Below, in pieces: positions 27,102 to 37,289 of a stretch of DNA of 64,000 nucleotides (its first letter is position 1; each line of letters begins with the position of its first letter). This DNA comes from Thermoplasmata archaeon (GTDB lineage Archaea; Thermoplasmatota; Thermoplasmata; Lutacidiplasmatales; SKW197), in contig JAOAJK010000002.1 of NCBI GenBank assembly GCA_026414225.1, forward strand, positions 13,640-77,639, read 5' to 3'. The translations under genes were made by a program, and so were the position numbers. Below the pieces are notes generated by a model. That model was not told where the DNA came from. It saw nothing but the letters and a program-made list of their open reading frames with translations, and searched no databases.

Positions 27102-27327
27102 AATTGAGGCAACAGTGCGTGTGGGAAAGAACGGTCTCACAGACAGCGTGATTAATGAGATAAGAAACCAGCTAAAGAAAAGAAAGGTCATTAAGATTAA
27201 GTTTTTGAAAACCACGAAGGACCTCGGAACCATGCACGAGTTTGTGGAGATACTGGCAGAGAAGACGGGGGCAAGAATTCTGGATGTGCGGGGTGGCACC
27301 GTGGTCTTGACCGTGAAGGGGCGATGA
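27085..27327 (+). CDS. YhbY/CRS1 (CRM) domain RNA-binding protein
   Basis: KIEATVRVGKNGLTDSVINEIRNQLKKRKVIKIKF...GGTVVL matches the CRM domain. The start is taken at the internal Met. Confidence 0.55.
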   Translation: MREAHKIEATVRVGKNGLTDSVINEIRNQLKKRKVIKIKFLKTTKDLGTMHEFVEILAEKTGARILDVRGGTVVLTVKGR

Positions 27328-27328
27328 A

Positions 27329-28213
27329 ATGAGGAAACAGCGGGCTGAAGGATTTGCACCCGGGCATATTTCCGCCTTTTTCGCACCTTTCTATCACGGG
27401 AATGTATTTAGAACAGGCTCATACGGGGCCGGGGTGGCTATCTCATCTGGCTGCACGTCTGAGGTATGGGTGGAGGATGCAGAGGATATCGAGGTTGTGA
27501 CAATGGCAGATGGGGAGGTGCGGGTTCTCGAGGTGACCGCCGGAGCAGTTCGGGCAGTTCTCGAGGAATCCAACCTGAAAATGCGGGTGGTGTGCAATCT
27601 GAAGCATGCCCTTCCCGTTTCCCAGGGCTTCGGAATGAGTGCCTCTGGCACACTGAGCGTCCTTCTCGCCCTCTGCAAAATTTTTGGGATGCCCGCAAGC
27701 ACTGCCTTTCGTGCGGCCCACAGGGCAGAGGTACTCCAGAGAACAGGCCTGGGTGATGTGGCTGGAATATGTGCTGGAGGTTATGAAATCCGTCTGAAGC
27801 CAGGCATTCCTCCTTACGGAATTGTGGATGGCATAGTCAGTTCGGATGAGGAGACCACCCTGGTTCTCTGTGTGCTTGGCGATGCACTGGAAACCAAGAA
27901 GGTGCTTGGAAATAGAGAAACTCTCGGACGGTGCTCGATTGCGGGAAGAAAAGCCCTGGCAAAGCTACTGAAAGAACCAACCGTCAAAAATCTCTGCAGG
28001 TGCGGGTTTGAATTCGCCAAAGAAACAGGACTTGCAAGCATGGAAATTCAGGAGTGCGTAAATGCCCTCTGGAAAGCAGGGATACCTGCCAGCATGGTCA
28101 TGCTCGGGAATTCAGTTTTTGCGGTTGCAGGAGGAAGGAGAAGAAAGAGGGCTGAGACGATTCTGGAGAGTTACGGGAGAGTTTACCGCACACAGGTGTG
28201 GCATCCACTATAG
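27329..28213 (+). CDS. GHMP-family kinase, pantoate-kinase-like (archaeal CoA pathway candidate)
   Basis: GHMP motif GFGMSASGTLSVLLAL and an N-terminal FAPGHISAFFAP resembling pantoate kinase. Archaeal shikimate kinase is an alternative. Confidence 0.45.
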   Translation: MRKQRAEGFAPGHISAFFAPFYHGNVFRTGSYGAGVAISSGCTSEVWVEDAEDIEVVTMADGEVRVLEVTAGAVRAVLEESNLKMRVVCNLKHALPVSQGFGMSASGTLSVLLALCKIFGMPASTAFRAAHRAEVLQRTGLGDVAGICAGGYEIRLKPGIPPYGIVDGIVSSDEETTLVLCVLGDALETKKVLGNRETLGRCSIAGRKALAKLLKEPTVKNLCRCGFEFAKETGLASMEIQECVNALWKAGIPASMVMLGNSVFAVAGGRRRKRAETILESYGRVYRTQVWHPL

Positions 28214-28708
28214 GGTTTTCAGGTACTCAATCAATCCCCCTGCCCTCCAGATATTCCAGAGTTTCTCAGGAGGCCTCTCAAATTCTGCTTTTACATCGCC
28301 CGCGGTGACCATGTCCGTCCTGAAATCAATCTGAATTTCATCACCATCCTTCAGCAAATTTCCGAGCGGGGCCTTAATTTTGAGCGGAAGGATTCCGTTG
28401 TTCACGCAGTTCCGGAAAAAGATTCTGCCGAAGCTCCTAGCCAGAATCAGGTTTACTCCAAGCACTTTGAGCACAAGGACCGCCTGCTCCCTGCTTGACC
28501 CGCACCCGAAGTTTCTGCCTGCAACTATCACATCTCCTGGCTTTGCCCTTCCTGCGAAATCGTCCTTTGTATTCTCAAACGCAAATCTGGCTAGCTTCCG
28601 CATGTCCCTCTCACCAAGCCGTTTTCCAGGGATGATTTCGTCCGTGGACACATTGTCTCCGAAGACCCAGATGGGGGCTGAAATAATTTTGTTGAGGGAG
28701 GAAACCAT
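28208..28708 (-). CDS. leuD: Aconitase-family small subunit (3-isopropylmalate/homoaconitate dehydratase small subunit, LeuD-like)
   Basis: 166 aa with VFGDNVSTDEIIPG and GxNFGCGSSREQA motifs. Confidence 0.75.
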   Translation of the reverse strand: MVSSLNKIISAPIWVFGDNVSTDEIIPGKRLGERDMRKLARFAFENTKDDFAGRAKPGDVIVAGRNFGCGSSREQAVLVLKVLGVNLILARSFGRIFFRNCVNNGILPLKIKAPLGNLLKDGDEIQIDFRTDMVTAGDVKAEFERPPEKLWNIWRAGGLIEYLKTL

Positions 28709-28775
28709 GTTTTAGCCCAATTACTTCGGACATAAAAAGTTTGGGAGGTATGTGGCCCGCCTTTATCCACCCCCT

Positions 28776-28783
28776 TTATATAT
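28776..28783 (+). promoter_or_regulatory. TATA box (TTTATATA) about 25 nt upstream of the gltX ATG; likely leaderless transcript
   Basis: cccctttatatatccc precedes the start at 28805. Confidence 0.45.
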
Positions 28784-28804
28784 CCCGTTCTTCTTTCCCC
28801 AAAC

Positions 28805-30475
28805 ATGGATGAGAGCGTAAAGCAGGCGGTGCGCAATTTTGCCCTCCAGAATGCGGTGCAGCATGGTGGAAAGGCTGACCGGAAAGCGGTGATGGGCAGG
28901 ATAGCCAGCAGTTTTCCTGAGTTGAAGTCCAGAATCAAGGAAATGCTACCAGAAATTACGGAAATTGTTGAGGCGGTGAATGCCCTCTCACATGACCAGC
29001 AAATCGAAGAACTGCAGAAAACCGCACCAGAGCTTCTGCAAAAGGAGAGAAAGGAAAAAGGGTTTGTATTGCCAGAGCTGCCCGATGTCAAGGGTACAGT
29101 GGTAATGCGGCTTGCCCCCTTCCCCTCCGGGGCACCGCACATAGGGAATGCCAGGAGCTTCATACTCAATGACGAGTATGTGAGAAAGTACAATGGCAGG
29201 CTTTACCTGGTATTCGATGACACGATTGGCTCCGAAGAAAAAATTCCGCAGGCAGAGTCATACGACCTCATACGGGAAAGCCTGGCATACCTTGGCATAA
29301 GGTATGAGAAGGAATTTTTCAAGTCAGATAGGATGGAGATATTCTACGATTGGGCAAGAAAGATTATAGAGAAGGGCTATGCGTATGTGTGCCACTGCGA
29401 TGCTCCAACCCTTCGTAAATACCGTGAGGAAGGGAGGGAGTGCGAGCATCGAAACCAGAGCGTGGAGGAAAACCTCGAAAAATGGGAAAAAATGCTCGCA
29501 AACGGGTATCCTGAGGGCGGGGCAATTTTGCGGATAAAAACCGACATGCAGCACAGGAACCCTGCATTCCGGGACAGGGTGCTCTTCAGAATTACCGGAC
29601 GGGAGCATCCACGGGTAGGCTCAAAATACAATGTCTGGCCCTTGCTTGAGTTTTCCTGGGCTGTTGATGACCATTTGTTAGGCATTACCCATGTGCTCCG
29701 TGGCAAGGACCTCATGATGGAGGACATGATGGAGCAGTACATCTGGGAAATCTTCGGGATAAAGGGTCCCGTGTTCCTCCACTATGGAATGCTCATGCTT
29801 TCGGAAATGAAGCTGAGCAAGAGCAAGTCAATGAAGGAAGTGCTCTCGGGCACATACACAGGATGGGACGACCCGCGAACCTGGAGTTTACTCTCGTTGA
29901 GAAGACGGGGGATTCAGCCCGGGGCGATAAGAAATTTCATCACCTCCTTCGGGGTGAGTTTAGCGGATATTGAGGTGCCGGCTGAGAACCTGTATGCGGA
30001 GAATCGGAAAATTGTGGACGGCATTGCCCCCAGATATTTCTTCGTCCAGGAACCGGTGAGGATAAACCTAAACCTTGAAAATCCCGTGGAACTTGAACTT
30101 CAGAACCATCCTGTCAACCACGAACTCGGAAAGCGGAAACTCACAGTGGAAACCGCTGTCTTCATTCCAAAATCCGATTTTGAGGAATACAGGGGCAAAG
30201 AAATCCGCCTGAAGGATTTCTGCAATATTGTCTGCGAGGAAAATGCAACGGTCACCGCGTGGGAGAACAGGAACATTCCCAGAATCCAGTGGGTTCCATG
30301 CAACGAATTTGTAAACATGGTGGTTGTTCACACCGATGGAAGCCCTGTTAAAGGCGTGGCTGAGAAAAATTTGGCGAATGCGAATGTGAACGACATTGTC
30401 CAGCTTGAGCGATACGGGTTTGTGAGGATAGATGCGAAGGGAGAGGCCGTGAAGGCATATTTCGGACACAGGTAA
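28805..30475 (+). CDS. gltX: Glutamyl-tRNA synthetase (archaeal-type GluRS)
   Basis: HIGH-type motif PSGAPHIGN, KMSKS-type MKLSKSKS, a class I catalytic core and an anticodon-binding C-terminus. Confidence 0.8.
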   Translation: MDESVKQAVRNFALQNAVQHGGKADRKAVMGRIASSFPELKSRIKEMLPEITEIVEAVNALSHDQQIEELQKTAPELLQKERKEKGFVLPELPDVKGTVVMRLAPFPSGAPHIGNARSFILNDEYVRKYNGRLYLVFDDTIGSEEKIPQAESYDLIRESLAYLGIRYEKEFFKSDRMEIFYDWARKIIEKGYAYVCHCDAPTLRKYREEGRECEHRNQSVEENLEKWEKMLANGYPEGGAILRIKTDMQHRNPAFRDRVLFRITGREHPRVGSKYNVWPLLEFSWAVDDHLLGITHVLRGKDLMMEDMMEQYIWEIFGIKGPVFLHYGMLMLSEMKLSKSKSMKEVLSGTYTGWDDPRTWSLLSLRRRGIQPGAIRNFITSFGVSLADIEVPAENLYAENRKIVDGIAPRYFFVQEPVRINLNLENPVELELQNHPVNHELGKRKLTVETAVFIPKSDFEEYRGKEIRLKDFCNIVCEENATVTAWENRNIPRIQWVPCNEFVNMVVVHTDGSPVKGVAEKNLANANVNDIVQLERYGFVRIDAKGEAVKAYFGHR

Positions 30476-30544
30476 GGTGCGGGAAAAGAAGTCCGGTGAA
30501 GTTTGCACAATCCTAATAAACACCTTTTGCTATATCTCCATGAA

Positions 30545-31672
30545 ATGGTAAAAAGAATAGTCCTCTGCGTGGATAGGGATAATGACTTAGGTGAGAAAAC
30601 CGGGATTGCTGGACCTGTCATTGGTAGAGAGGAAAATCTTGAAGCAGCTAAAGCTTTGGCTCTCAAGGACCCCGAGGAGAGCGATGCCAATGCAATCTTC
30701 GGGGCGGTCTCGCTCCACGATTCTTTGAAGCAGAGCGGTGAGGATGTCGAAGTGGTGACGATAACCGGCGACATCCGTGTGGGGACCCACTCCGATAAGA
30801 AAATTGCCGAGCAACTGGATATGGTAATCGCCCGCCTGCATCCCGAGTCCGCGATTTTTATCACAGATGGGGCCGAGGACGAGTACATTCTCCCAATCAT
30901 TATCTCCAGGTTGAAGATCGACAGCGTGAAACGGATCTATGTGCGGCAGAACCCGAACATCGAAAGCACCTATTATCTTATCGTGAAAGCCCTCAAGGAT
31001 GTGAAGTTCCGCTCAAAACTCGTGCTCCCTGTGGCCCTTCTTCTGATTGTGATTGGTGGTGCGTTTCTCCTCCCCGTGCTATTCCGTCTGAAACGGGAGG
31101 GCTGGCTCGGGATTGATTATCTACCTGCTGTCGGGATTTACTCAATCCTGATATTCTTCGGCTTTTACCTCATTTTCTGGGCATACAGGGTTATCGAGTG
31201 GCTTGGCGAGACAGTGAATTCCTTCAGGGAGGACATTGTATCTGGTAGCTTGACCCTTTCAACGAGCATCCTCGGTTCGATCATGATTTTTATTGCCTTG
31301 ATTCAGGGCTACAATTCCTTCAATGCAAGTAATTCCGACATCTGGATTAGAGTACTTGACTTTTTCAGTGGCTCGATCTGGTGGATTTTCATAGGTATCT
31401 GGATATTTGAGATCGGGAAGGTTCTGTCCGTTGTGGTCAAGAAAGGGGCGTTTTCAAAGACCTTCTGGGTGACAAGTGCCTCGCTGGTGGCGGTCACAAT
31501 CACGATTTTCGGAGCGATAGGAATAATAAAGACGATTCTAGGAGCCAATGTAAGCTGGGACCCCCTTGTGGTGCTCACGATCGTTCTGGGGGTTTCGGTC
31601 AATCTGCTGGCTGTGAGCATGTACACCTACCTGAAGAGGGAGAGCATAAGCGAGGAAAGATGGAGGCATTGA
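30545..31672 (+). CDS. DUF373-family archaeal membrane protein
   Basis: Soluble N-terminal domain (IVLCVDRDNDLG...) followed by about 6 TM helices. The start is moved to the ATG 42 nt inside the ORF-track TTG start. Confidence 0.45.
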   Translation: MVKRIVLCVDRDNDLGEKTGIAGPVIGREENLEAAKALALKDPEESDANAIFGAVSLHDSLKQSGEDVEVVTITGDIRVGTHSDKKIAEQLDMVIARLHPESAIFITDGAEDEYILPIIISRLKIDSVKRIYVRQNPNIESTYYLIVKALKDVKFRSKLVLPVALLLIVIGGAFLLPVLFRLKREGWLGIDYLPAVGIYSILIFFGFYLIFWAYRVIEWLGETVNSFREDIVSGSLTLSTSILGSIMIFIALIQGYNSFNASNSDIWIRVLDFFSGSIWWIFIGIWIFEIGKVLSVVVKKGAFSKTFWVTSASLVAVTITIFGAIGIIKTILGANVSWDPLVVLTIVLGVSVNLLAVSMYTYLKRESISEERWRH

Positions 31673-31675
31673 ACG

Positions 31676-32920
31676 ATGAAGTTCACATGGTATGGAAGGA
31701 TGCTATTTGCCCTATATACCTCCACATTCATAATCCGTCTCTGCTTTGGAATTATCTTGATAGTGTTACCCTACTATCTCCGCCACACGGTCTCCGACTT
31801 CATGTTCGGGCTTATCTGGGGTGCCTCTCCATTCGCCGAGATGATTTCGGTGATGTTCATCGGGCTGGCTGTGGATAGATTTGGAAGAAAGAGGGTTTTG
31901 TTAGTTGGACTTCTAACTGGTGCACTTTCTCTTGTGTTGTACGGAGTGACACAAAATCCCTATCTTCTTATGGCAATCAATGCCTTCCATGGGGTCGCTG
32001 CTGCTGCAATTTTAGTTTCCTCGCTTGCTCTGGTTGCCGACTATGCTGCAAAACACACCAGGGGGAGAGAAATGGGTGCGTTTGATTTTGCAAACCTCTT
32101 TGGCTGGTTTAGTGGCTTTCTGGTGGGCGGTGTGCTTGTGGACTTGTTTTCGACCTCGCTTGCAATCCCGTTCGTGCTTGGTGGTGTCCTGGCTCTTCTG
32201 GGCTTCGCCTTTGCCTACATTGCTATAGTTGAGCCAGAAGTTCACAAATTCACTGCGAAAGATATCACGCCGAAACATGTGATAAATGTCCTGACCTCCC
32301 GGGAGATTCTGCTGCTCGTGCTTCCCTGGCTCATGCTCTACATCATGATCGGGGTCATTCTGTCGTTCTTCAGCCTGGAAAGTGCCCAGATTTCGATGCC
32401 GGGCACGAGCCTGGCCCTTGTGCTCGGAGGTGGTGGCACAATATTCCTTGCCACCCAGATTTTTTACGGAAAGATGGCAGATAAGTATGGAAGAACGCCC
32501 GTGCTCTTCATCGGCACCGTCGGGGTAATCGGGGTTGTTTCCACAGTTGCTTACAGTGTATATCTCTCGTCAACCAAGGATGTGGAGGGCCTCATCGGAG
32601 TGCTCATGGGTTCCAAGCCGTTGCTTGGATTGCTGGGTATCTCCGCCTTTCTGGCAGGTGCCTTCGGGCCCAGTGCCCTTGCTTCGCTCGCCGATGAATG
32701 CCCCCAGAGGGCAAAGGGTGTAACGATGGCTCTCTACAGCATCGTGATATCCGCAGGAATGAGCATAGGCCCGCCAGCAGCGGGTTTTCTGAGCGATCAC
32801 TCAGGCACCCTGGCGGTCTTTCTGTTTCTGGTGGCGTGCGCAGGGTTGATGCTGCTTTTCGTGGTGATCCGATACATGGACTTGAAAAAGAGGGAAGCAG
32901 TTGAGGGTGGCCATAGTTGA
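31676..32920 (+). CDS. MFS transporter
   Basis: 12-TM protein with MFS motif A-like GRKRVLLVGL between TM2 and TM3. Confidence 0.7.
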   Translation: MKFTWYGRMLFALYTSTFIIRLCFGIILIVLPYYLRHTVSDFMFGLIWGASPFAEMISVMFIGLAVDRFGRKRVLLVGLLTGALSLVLYGVTQNPYLLMAINAFHGVAAAAILVSSLALVADYAAKHTRGREMGAFDFANLFGWFSGFLVGGVLVDLFSTSLAIPFVLGGVLALLGFAFAYIAIVEPEVHKFTAKDITPKHVINVLTSREILLLVLPWLMLYIMIGVILSFFSLESAQISMPGTSLALVLGGGGTIFLATQIFYGKMADKYGRTPVLFIGTVGVIGVVSTVAYSVYLSSTKDVEGLIGVLMGSKPLLGLLGISAFLAGAFGPSALASLADECPQRAKGVTMALYSIVISAGMSIGPPAAGFLSDHSGTLAVFLFLVACAGLMLLFVVIRYMDLKKREAVEGGHS

Positions 32921-34544
32921 TTGCTATGTGGATGAGCCAAGTGTTCTCGGGGTGCCTCCATATATTTCCCCGTATCCAAGGTATGCCTGGGGTGCGGTGG
33001 TAAGTGCAGGCCACGAGCCGGTTTATGCGACCGTGGATACATGGCGGAGGAAGGAAAAATTCTGGGAGAAGGTCAGGAATGCGGACATCGTGTATTTTAC
33101 TGGTGGGGCGTTGGTTCCAGGCAAATACCTCCGGACAATGCCAGCATCGATGCACGAAATTCTTGCAATGGCCGGAGAAGTGGAAGGAAAGAAAATTCTG
33201 GCAGGCCCCGTGGCTAGGTTTTCATATACGGGGAGGGTCCGGAGAGAACTGGAGGATAGGTTTGACTGGATAGCGGTTAAGGACGGGGAGGCACTGGTCT
33301 ATGACATTCTGTCAGGAGAGGGAACGCTGCACCGTCGTAAGTCGAGCACGGAGTGGAGAAGGTGGGCTCAAGCAGGGGCGCCCTGCATCCAGTTTGTGAA
33401 GGACTTTCCCAGTGCGGTCATCGCTGAGATCGAAACCTACAAGGGCTGCGTCAGATGGATTTCGGGCGGCTGCAGTTTCTGCACCGATGTGCTCTTCGGC
33501 GAACCAGTTTTCAGGGAGCCGGCGGCTGTGGTTGAGGAAATTGCCGTGATGTATAATCTCGGATTGCGGAATTTCCGCATCGGCGGGCAGACCTGCATCT
33601 ATTCCTACATGGCGGATGGTGTGGGGGAGACAGAGACACCTGAGCCGAACCCCGGGATGATAAAGAAACTTTTCAGCGGAATCTGGACCGCGTGCCCGGA
33701 AATAGAAGTGCTCCATCTGGACAATGCAAATCCCGCGGTGATTGCAACCCACCCAGAGAAAGCAAGAGAAGTAACAAAGATCCTTGTTGAGCACACCACG
33801 CCCGGGAATGTGGTCGCTTTCGGAATGGAGTCCGCAGACCCTGTAGTGATTGAGCGGAACAACCTGAATGCAACGCCAGACCAGGTGATGAAGGCGGTAG
33901 AGATTCTGAATGAGTTCGGAAGGGCCCGGGGAGAAAACGGGTTGCCCCTGCTGTTGCCTGGAATCAATTTCCTTGGCGGACTTGACGGAGAGACAAAAAA
34001 CACCTACAGGTTGAATTATGCGTTTCTGGAGGAGGTTTTGAGGAAGGACCTGTGGGTCAGGAGAATCAACATCAGGCAGGTGGCTGGCGTGCGGAAGGAA
34101 TTCAGGTTGAGACACAGGTCAGAGTTCCAGCACTTCAAATTTCTCGTGAGGAAAAACATTGATATGCCAATGCTCAGGCGGGTCGTCCCAGAAAATACGG
34201 TTCTGAAAAGAATCTGGACCGAGGTTCATGAAGGCAAAACCACATTTGGAAGGCAGATAGCTACCTATCCGTTGCTTGCTGGTTTCCCCTATCAGATCCA
34301 GCTTGGGAAGTTTGTGGATGGAATTATCATCGGACACGGGGAGAGAAGCATTACCTGCATCGAGTACCCGCTGGATGTGAACCGCTGTCCCCTCGCAGCA
34401 CTCAATGCGGTCCCCGGGCTTCCCAAGAAACTTGCCGGGGATATCGTGGCAGGAAGACCGTTCAAACCGGAGGAACTGGCAGCCCTTTTGAAAGCCCGTC
34501 TGGGTGAGGCGGAAGCCCGGGCGCTCCTGAAATACTTCTCCTAA
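32901..34544 (+). CDS. Radical-SAM-like protein with N-terminal Rossmann/B12-like module, CX7CX2C cluster (CVRWISGGCSFC) and C-terminal helix-hairpin-helix
   Basis: Cys triad plus a TIM-barrel-like core (NFRIGGQTC, GMESADP). The C-terminus LNAVPGLPKKLAGDIV is an HhH. It is a paralog of the partial ORF at 17-646. Confidence 0.4.
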   Translation: MRVAIVDCYVDEPSVLGVPPYISPYPRYAWGAVVSAGHEPVYATVDTWRRKEKFWEKVRNADIVYFTGGALVPGKYLRTMPASMHEILAMAGEVEGKKILAGPVARFSYTGRVRRELEDRFDWIAVKDGEALVYDILSGEGTLHRRKSSTEWRRWAQAGAPCIQFVKDFPSAVIAEIETYKGCVRWISGGCSFCTDVLFGEPVFREPAAVVEEIAVMYNLGLRNFRIGGQTCIYSYMADGVGETETPEPNPGMIKKLFSGIWTACPEIEVLHLDNANPAVIATHPEKAREVTKILVEHTTPGNVVAFGMESADPVVIERNNLNATPDQVMKAVEILNEFGRARGENGLPLLLPGINFLGGLDGETKNTYRLNYAFLEEVLRKDLWVRRINIRQVAGVRKEFRLRHRSEFQHFKFLVRKNIDMPMLRRVVPENTVLKRIWTEVHEGKTTFGRQIATYPLLAGFPYQIQLGKFVDGIIIGHGERSITCIEYPLDVNRCPLAALNAVPGLPKKLAGDIVAGRPFKPEELAALLKARLGEAEARALLKYFS

Positions 34545-36439
34545 TGGTGCGGTTCCGCCATCTTCCACTCCTCTTCGAGCCCGAGTTCCTGGATTTTCTC
34601 CATTCTCGGGTATCCATTTTCATCCCAGTTTCTGAGGGCATAGTAGTCCCTTATCATCTCCTCTATTTCCACGACCTGTCCCTTTGCAGCCCCATCTGGC
34701 ATCGGCTCCTTTGTGAACCTCTCTGGCAGCACATCGTCCTTAGCTGAGAAGCCCTCACGGATGTTGAACAGACGGTTGAGATTGACAATTCTCTCGCCGA
34801 CAATCTCAAGTTCCCGCCTGGTGAATTCCATACCTGTTGTGAGTTTGAGCCCGAGAATCACTTCCGGGTAGTAGAGTGCAGGCGGCACCATCGTTCCGTA
34901 TTTGCATGCTCCGAGCGATTCCACGACCGTGGCGAAATTCTCGTTGACGAAAACCATGTATCCCTTGTACTTCGGGCTGAGCTTGTCCCCGATTTCAGGC
35001 AGATACTGCTCTCCATAAACCTCCTTGATTTTCTCCACAAAGCCCGCTTCGTCCAGCACAGGGAAAGCGTAGAGATGGTCTGCACCGCGGGGCGAAACGG
35101 TCATTGCGAGCCCCATCGATTTCTGGGCCCTCCCATCCTGTCCCGCAATCTCCATCTTCTTCACATGCATCACATACTTTTCCGTGCCTCTCCCGATTTT
35201 CCTGGCAGCCCGGTAACTGCCCTCCGCAAGCAGGTCGCCGAAACCCTTTCTGCAGGCAATCATCTCGAGCAACATGCAGATTGCCTCATGGTTGCCCCAC
35301 TTCAGGTCAATTCCCTGGGTATCATTCTTGTCAATCAATCCAAGTTCATAGCATTCCATCGCCCAGGAAATTGTGGCTCCAGCTGAAATTGTGTCCATTC
35401 CGAGGTCGTTGCAGAGATAGTTGGCGTAGAGCACTGCCTCGAGGTTTGAATTCCCGCACCGTGAGCCGAGCGAGGAGAGGGTCTCGTATTCAGGACCACC
35501 TGAGATGCATTTGTATCTCCCGTTCTCTACCTTGCAGTATCTCGCACATCTCTGGGTGCAGGCGAAGTCCGCCCTGGGTTTTATGAGATATTTGGCATTG
35601 ATTGCGTCCCCGTTTATTTTATCCGCCTCTGGATAGTAGCCAGTTCTGCAGTTGTAGGTCGGAAATCTTCCGATTTCATTCATCAGGTCCACGAGGGCAG
35701 TGGTGCCATACTTTATTCTCCCGGGCGTTAGCGGGTCCTTTTCCATTTTTTCATGGAATTCCCTGATGCCATCCAGGTATCTCTCACTGTCGTATATTTC
35801 GACCGGTTTGCTCCCGGAAACCGCGATTGCCTTCAACTTCTTTGAACCCATCACGGCTCCGACCCCACATCTGGCTGCAGCCCTGTCCAGGTCGTTCATT
35901 ATGGCTGCAAATCTCACGAGTTTTTCGCCAGCGGGACCTATGGAAGCCACGCTGAACTCCTTCCCGTCGTCCTTTTTTATCGTTTCCTCGGTTTCCTCAA
36001 CCCTCTTGCCCCAGAGGTGCGTGGCATTCTTTATTTCCACCTCCCCGTCGTGTATGAGAAGGTAAACCGGTTTTCTTGAAGCGCCGGTGATAAATATTCC
36101 ATCGTACCCTGCAAATTTGAGCTGGGGACCCCAGAACCCCGCAGAATGGGCCTCTCCCCAGCCGTCGGTGAGCGGGGACTTGCACGCAACCGTATATCTT
36201 GAGCCCTGCGGCCAGAGCGTGCCAGTGAAAGGGCCTGTTGCAAACATCAGCACATTTTTCGGAGAGAGGGGTTCAATCCCCTTCCTCAGCATGTGGAAGA
36301 GGTAGTAGGAGCAGAAGCCGGCACCACCGATGTATTTCCGGACAATCTCGGGCGGAATCCTTCTTCGCCTGACCTTTTTCTTTGTCAGGTCAACATGCAG
36401 CAGGGCATTCGCATAACCAGGAATCTTCATCCTTTTCAC
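34541..36439 (-). CDS. aor: Tungsten-containing aldehyde:ferredoxin oxidoreductase (AOR family)
   Basis: AOR N-terminal domain and pterin-binding domains (DxxGxD and EL/GR motifs). Length 632 aa. Confidence 0.85.
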   Translation of the reverse strand: MKRMKIPGYANALLHVDLTKKKVRRRRIPPEIVRKYIGGAGFCSYYLFHMLRKGIEPLSPKNVLMFATGPFTGTLWPQGSRYTVACKSPLTDGWGEAHSAGFWGPQLKFAGYDGIFITGASRKPVYLLIHDGEVEIKNATHLWGKRVEETEETIKKDDGKEFSVASIGPAGEKLVRFAAIMNDLDRAAARCGVGAVMGSKKLKAIAVSGSKPVEIYDSERYLDGIREFHEKMEKDPLTPGRIKYGTTALVDLMNEIGRFPTYNCRTGYYPEADKINGDAINAKYLIKPRADFACTQRCARYCKVENGRYKCISGGPEYETLSSLGSRCGNSNLEAVLYANYLCNDLGMDTISAGATISWAMECYELGLIDKNDTQGIDLKWGNHEAICMLLEMIACRKGFGDLLAEGSYRAARKIGRGTEKYVMHVKKMEIAGQDGRAQKSMGLAMTVSPRGADHLYAFPVLDEAGFVEKIKEVYGEQYLPEIGDKLSPKYKGYMVFVNENFATVVESLGACKYGTMVPPALYYPEVILGLKLTTGMEFTRRELEIVGERIVNLNRLFNIREGFSAKDDVLPERFTKEPMPDGAAKGQVVEIEEMIRDYYALRNWDENGYPRMEKIQELGLEEEWKMAEPHH

Positions 36440-36816
36440 CTCATCTTCAGGACTCTGGGCGGGCAGAACTCAACGCACTTCCCGCAGAAATCGCATTTAA
36501 TTGCCTTTTTCTTCAAGGGATGCAGCTTTATGGCCCCAAACGGACAGGCAGGGATGCACTCCCCTCCACCGGTGCATTTCCTCTCGTCAATCAGTACCTT
36601 TCCATCCACGATTGAAATTGCGCCTGACTTGCATGCAGCCATGCATTTTGGGTTTTTGCAGTTCCTGCACGCATTTATGCAGTCCCTTCCACTCTTCTCC
36701 CTGATTACCTCAACTCTTGCACTGGCAGGCCAGATTTTATGTTCCTTGTTGAAGGAACACACAAGCTGGCAGATCCTGCAGCCAGTGCAGGTCATCGGGT
36801 CAACATATAGCTGCAT
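36436..36816 (-). CDS. 4Fe-4S ferredoxin-domain protein (AOR-associated)
   Basis: Four CxxCxxCxxxCP-like clusters in 126 aa. Overlaps the aor start by 4 nt. Confidence 0.7.
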   Translation of the reverse strand: MQLYVDPMTCTGCRICQLVCSFNKEHKIWPASARVEVIREKSGRDCINACRNCKNPKCMAACKSGAISIVDGKVLIDERKCTGGGECIPACPFGAIKLHPLKKKAIKCDFCGKCVEFCPPRVLKMR

Positions 36817-36866
36817 TTTTCACCTCAAGGAGATATCGCCAACAAGGGCATAAATGTTTTGGTGGA

Positions 36867-37286
36867 TTACATATAATCTCCCAGCACAGCCCTTGAAACT
36901 ATGCTCAGAACGATGCCAATCCCAAAGAGTGAGCCGACAAAAACCTCGAATCCCTTCCACAAATTCATGTTGTATTTAACGGCAAGAAATACCAGAAGTT
37001 CAAGGATGCCAAAACCCGACCCAGTGCTGATGAGAAAACATCCAACCTTCACATGGTTCCTTGCCGCCGCATAACCTCCAAGAATGACAGTAATTCCCCC
37101 AAGCGCCCCGAGAAGCACGAGAATGTAGAGGAGAATGCTCACGAAGGGCGTTCCAACTCCGAGGTTCAGGAGATAGCCCAGCAGTCCCTCAATCAGCTCA
37201 TTGTGGGCAGAGTAACCAGCAATTATCAGGAGGAAGCCGCCCGTGTAGGCCAGGACCGAAGAGAACCTTCTTTTGCTCTTTTTCAT
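36867..37286 (-). CDS. Small 4-TM membrane protein
   Basis: ORF with four hydrophobic helices. It lies between nadC and the ferredoxin-aor pair on the same strand. Confidence 0.35.
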   Translation of the reverse strand: MKKSKRRFSSVLAYTGGFLLIIAGYSAHNELIEGLLGYLLNLGVGTPFVSILLYILVLLGALGGITVILGGYAAARNHVKVGCFLISTGSGFGILELLVFLAVKYNMNLWKGFEVFVGSLFGIGIVLSIVSRAVLGDYM

Positions 37287-37289
37287 CGC

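Noticed and set aside
26733-27386. 217-aa minus-strand ORF spanning rnp4/yhbY
   Set aside because: The plus-strand products carry an Rpp21 zinc ribbon and a CRM domain, and the minus ORF has no recognizable features. The YhbY start was moved to the internal Met, so it overlaps rnp4 by only 17 nt.
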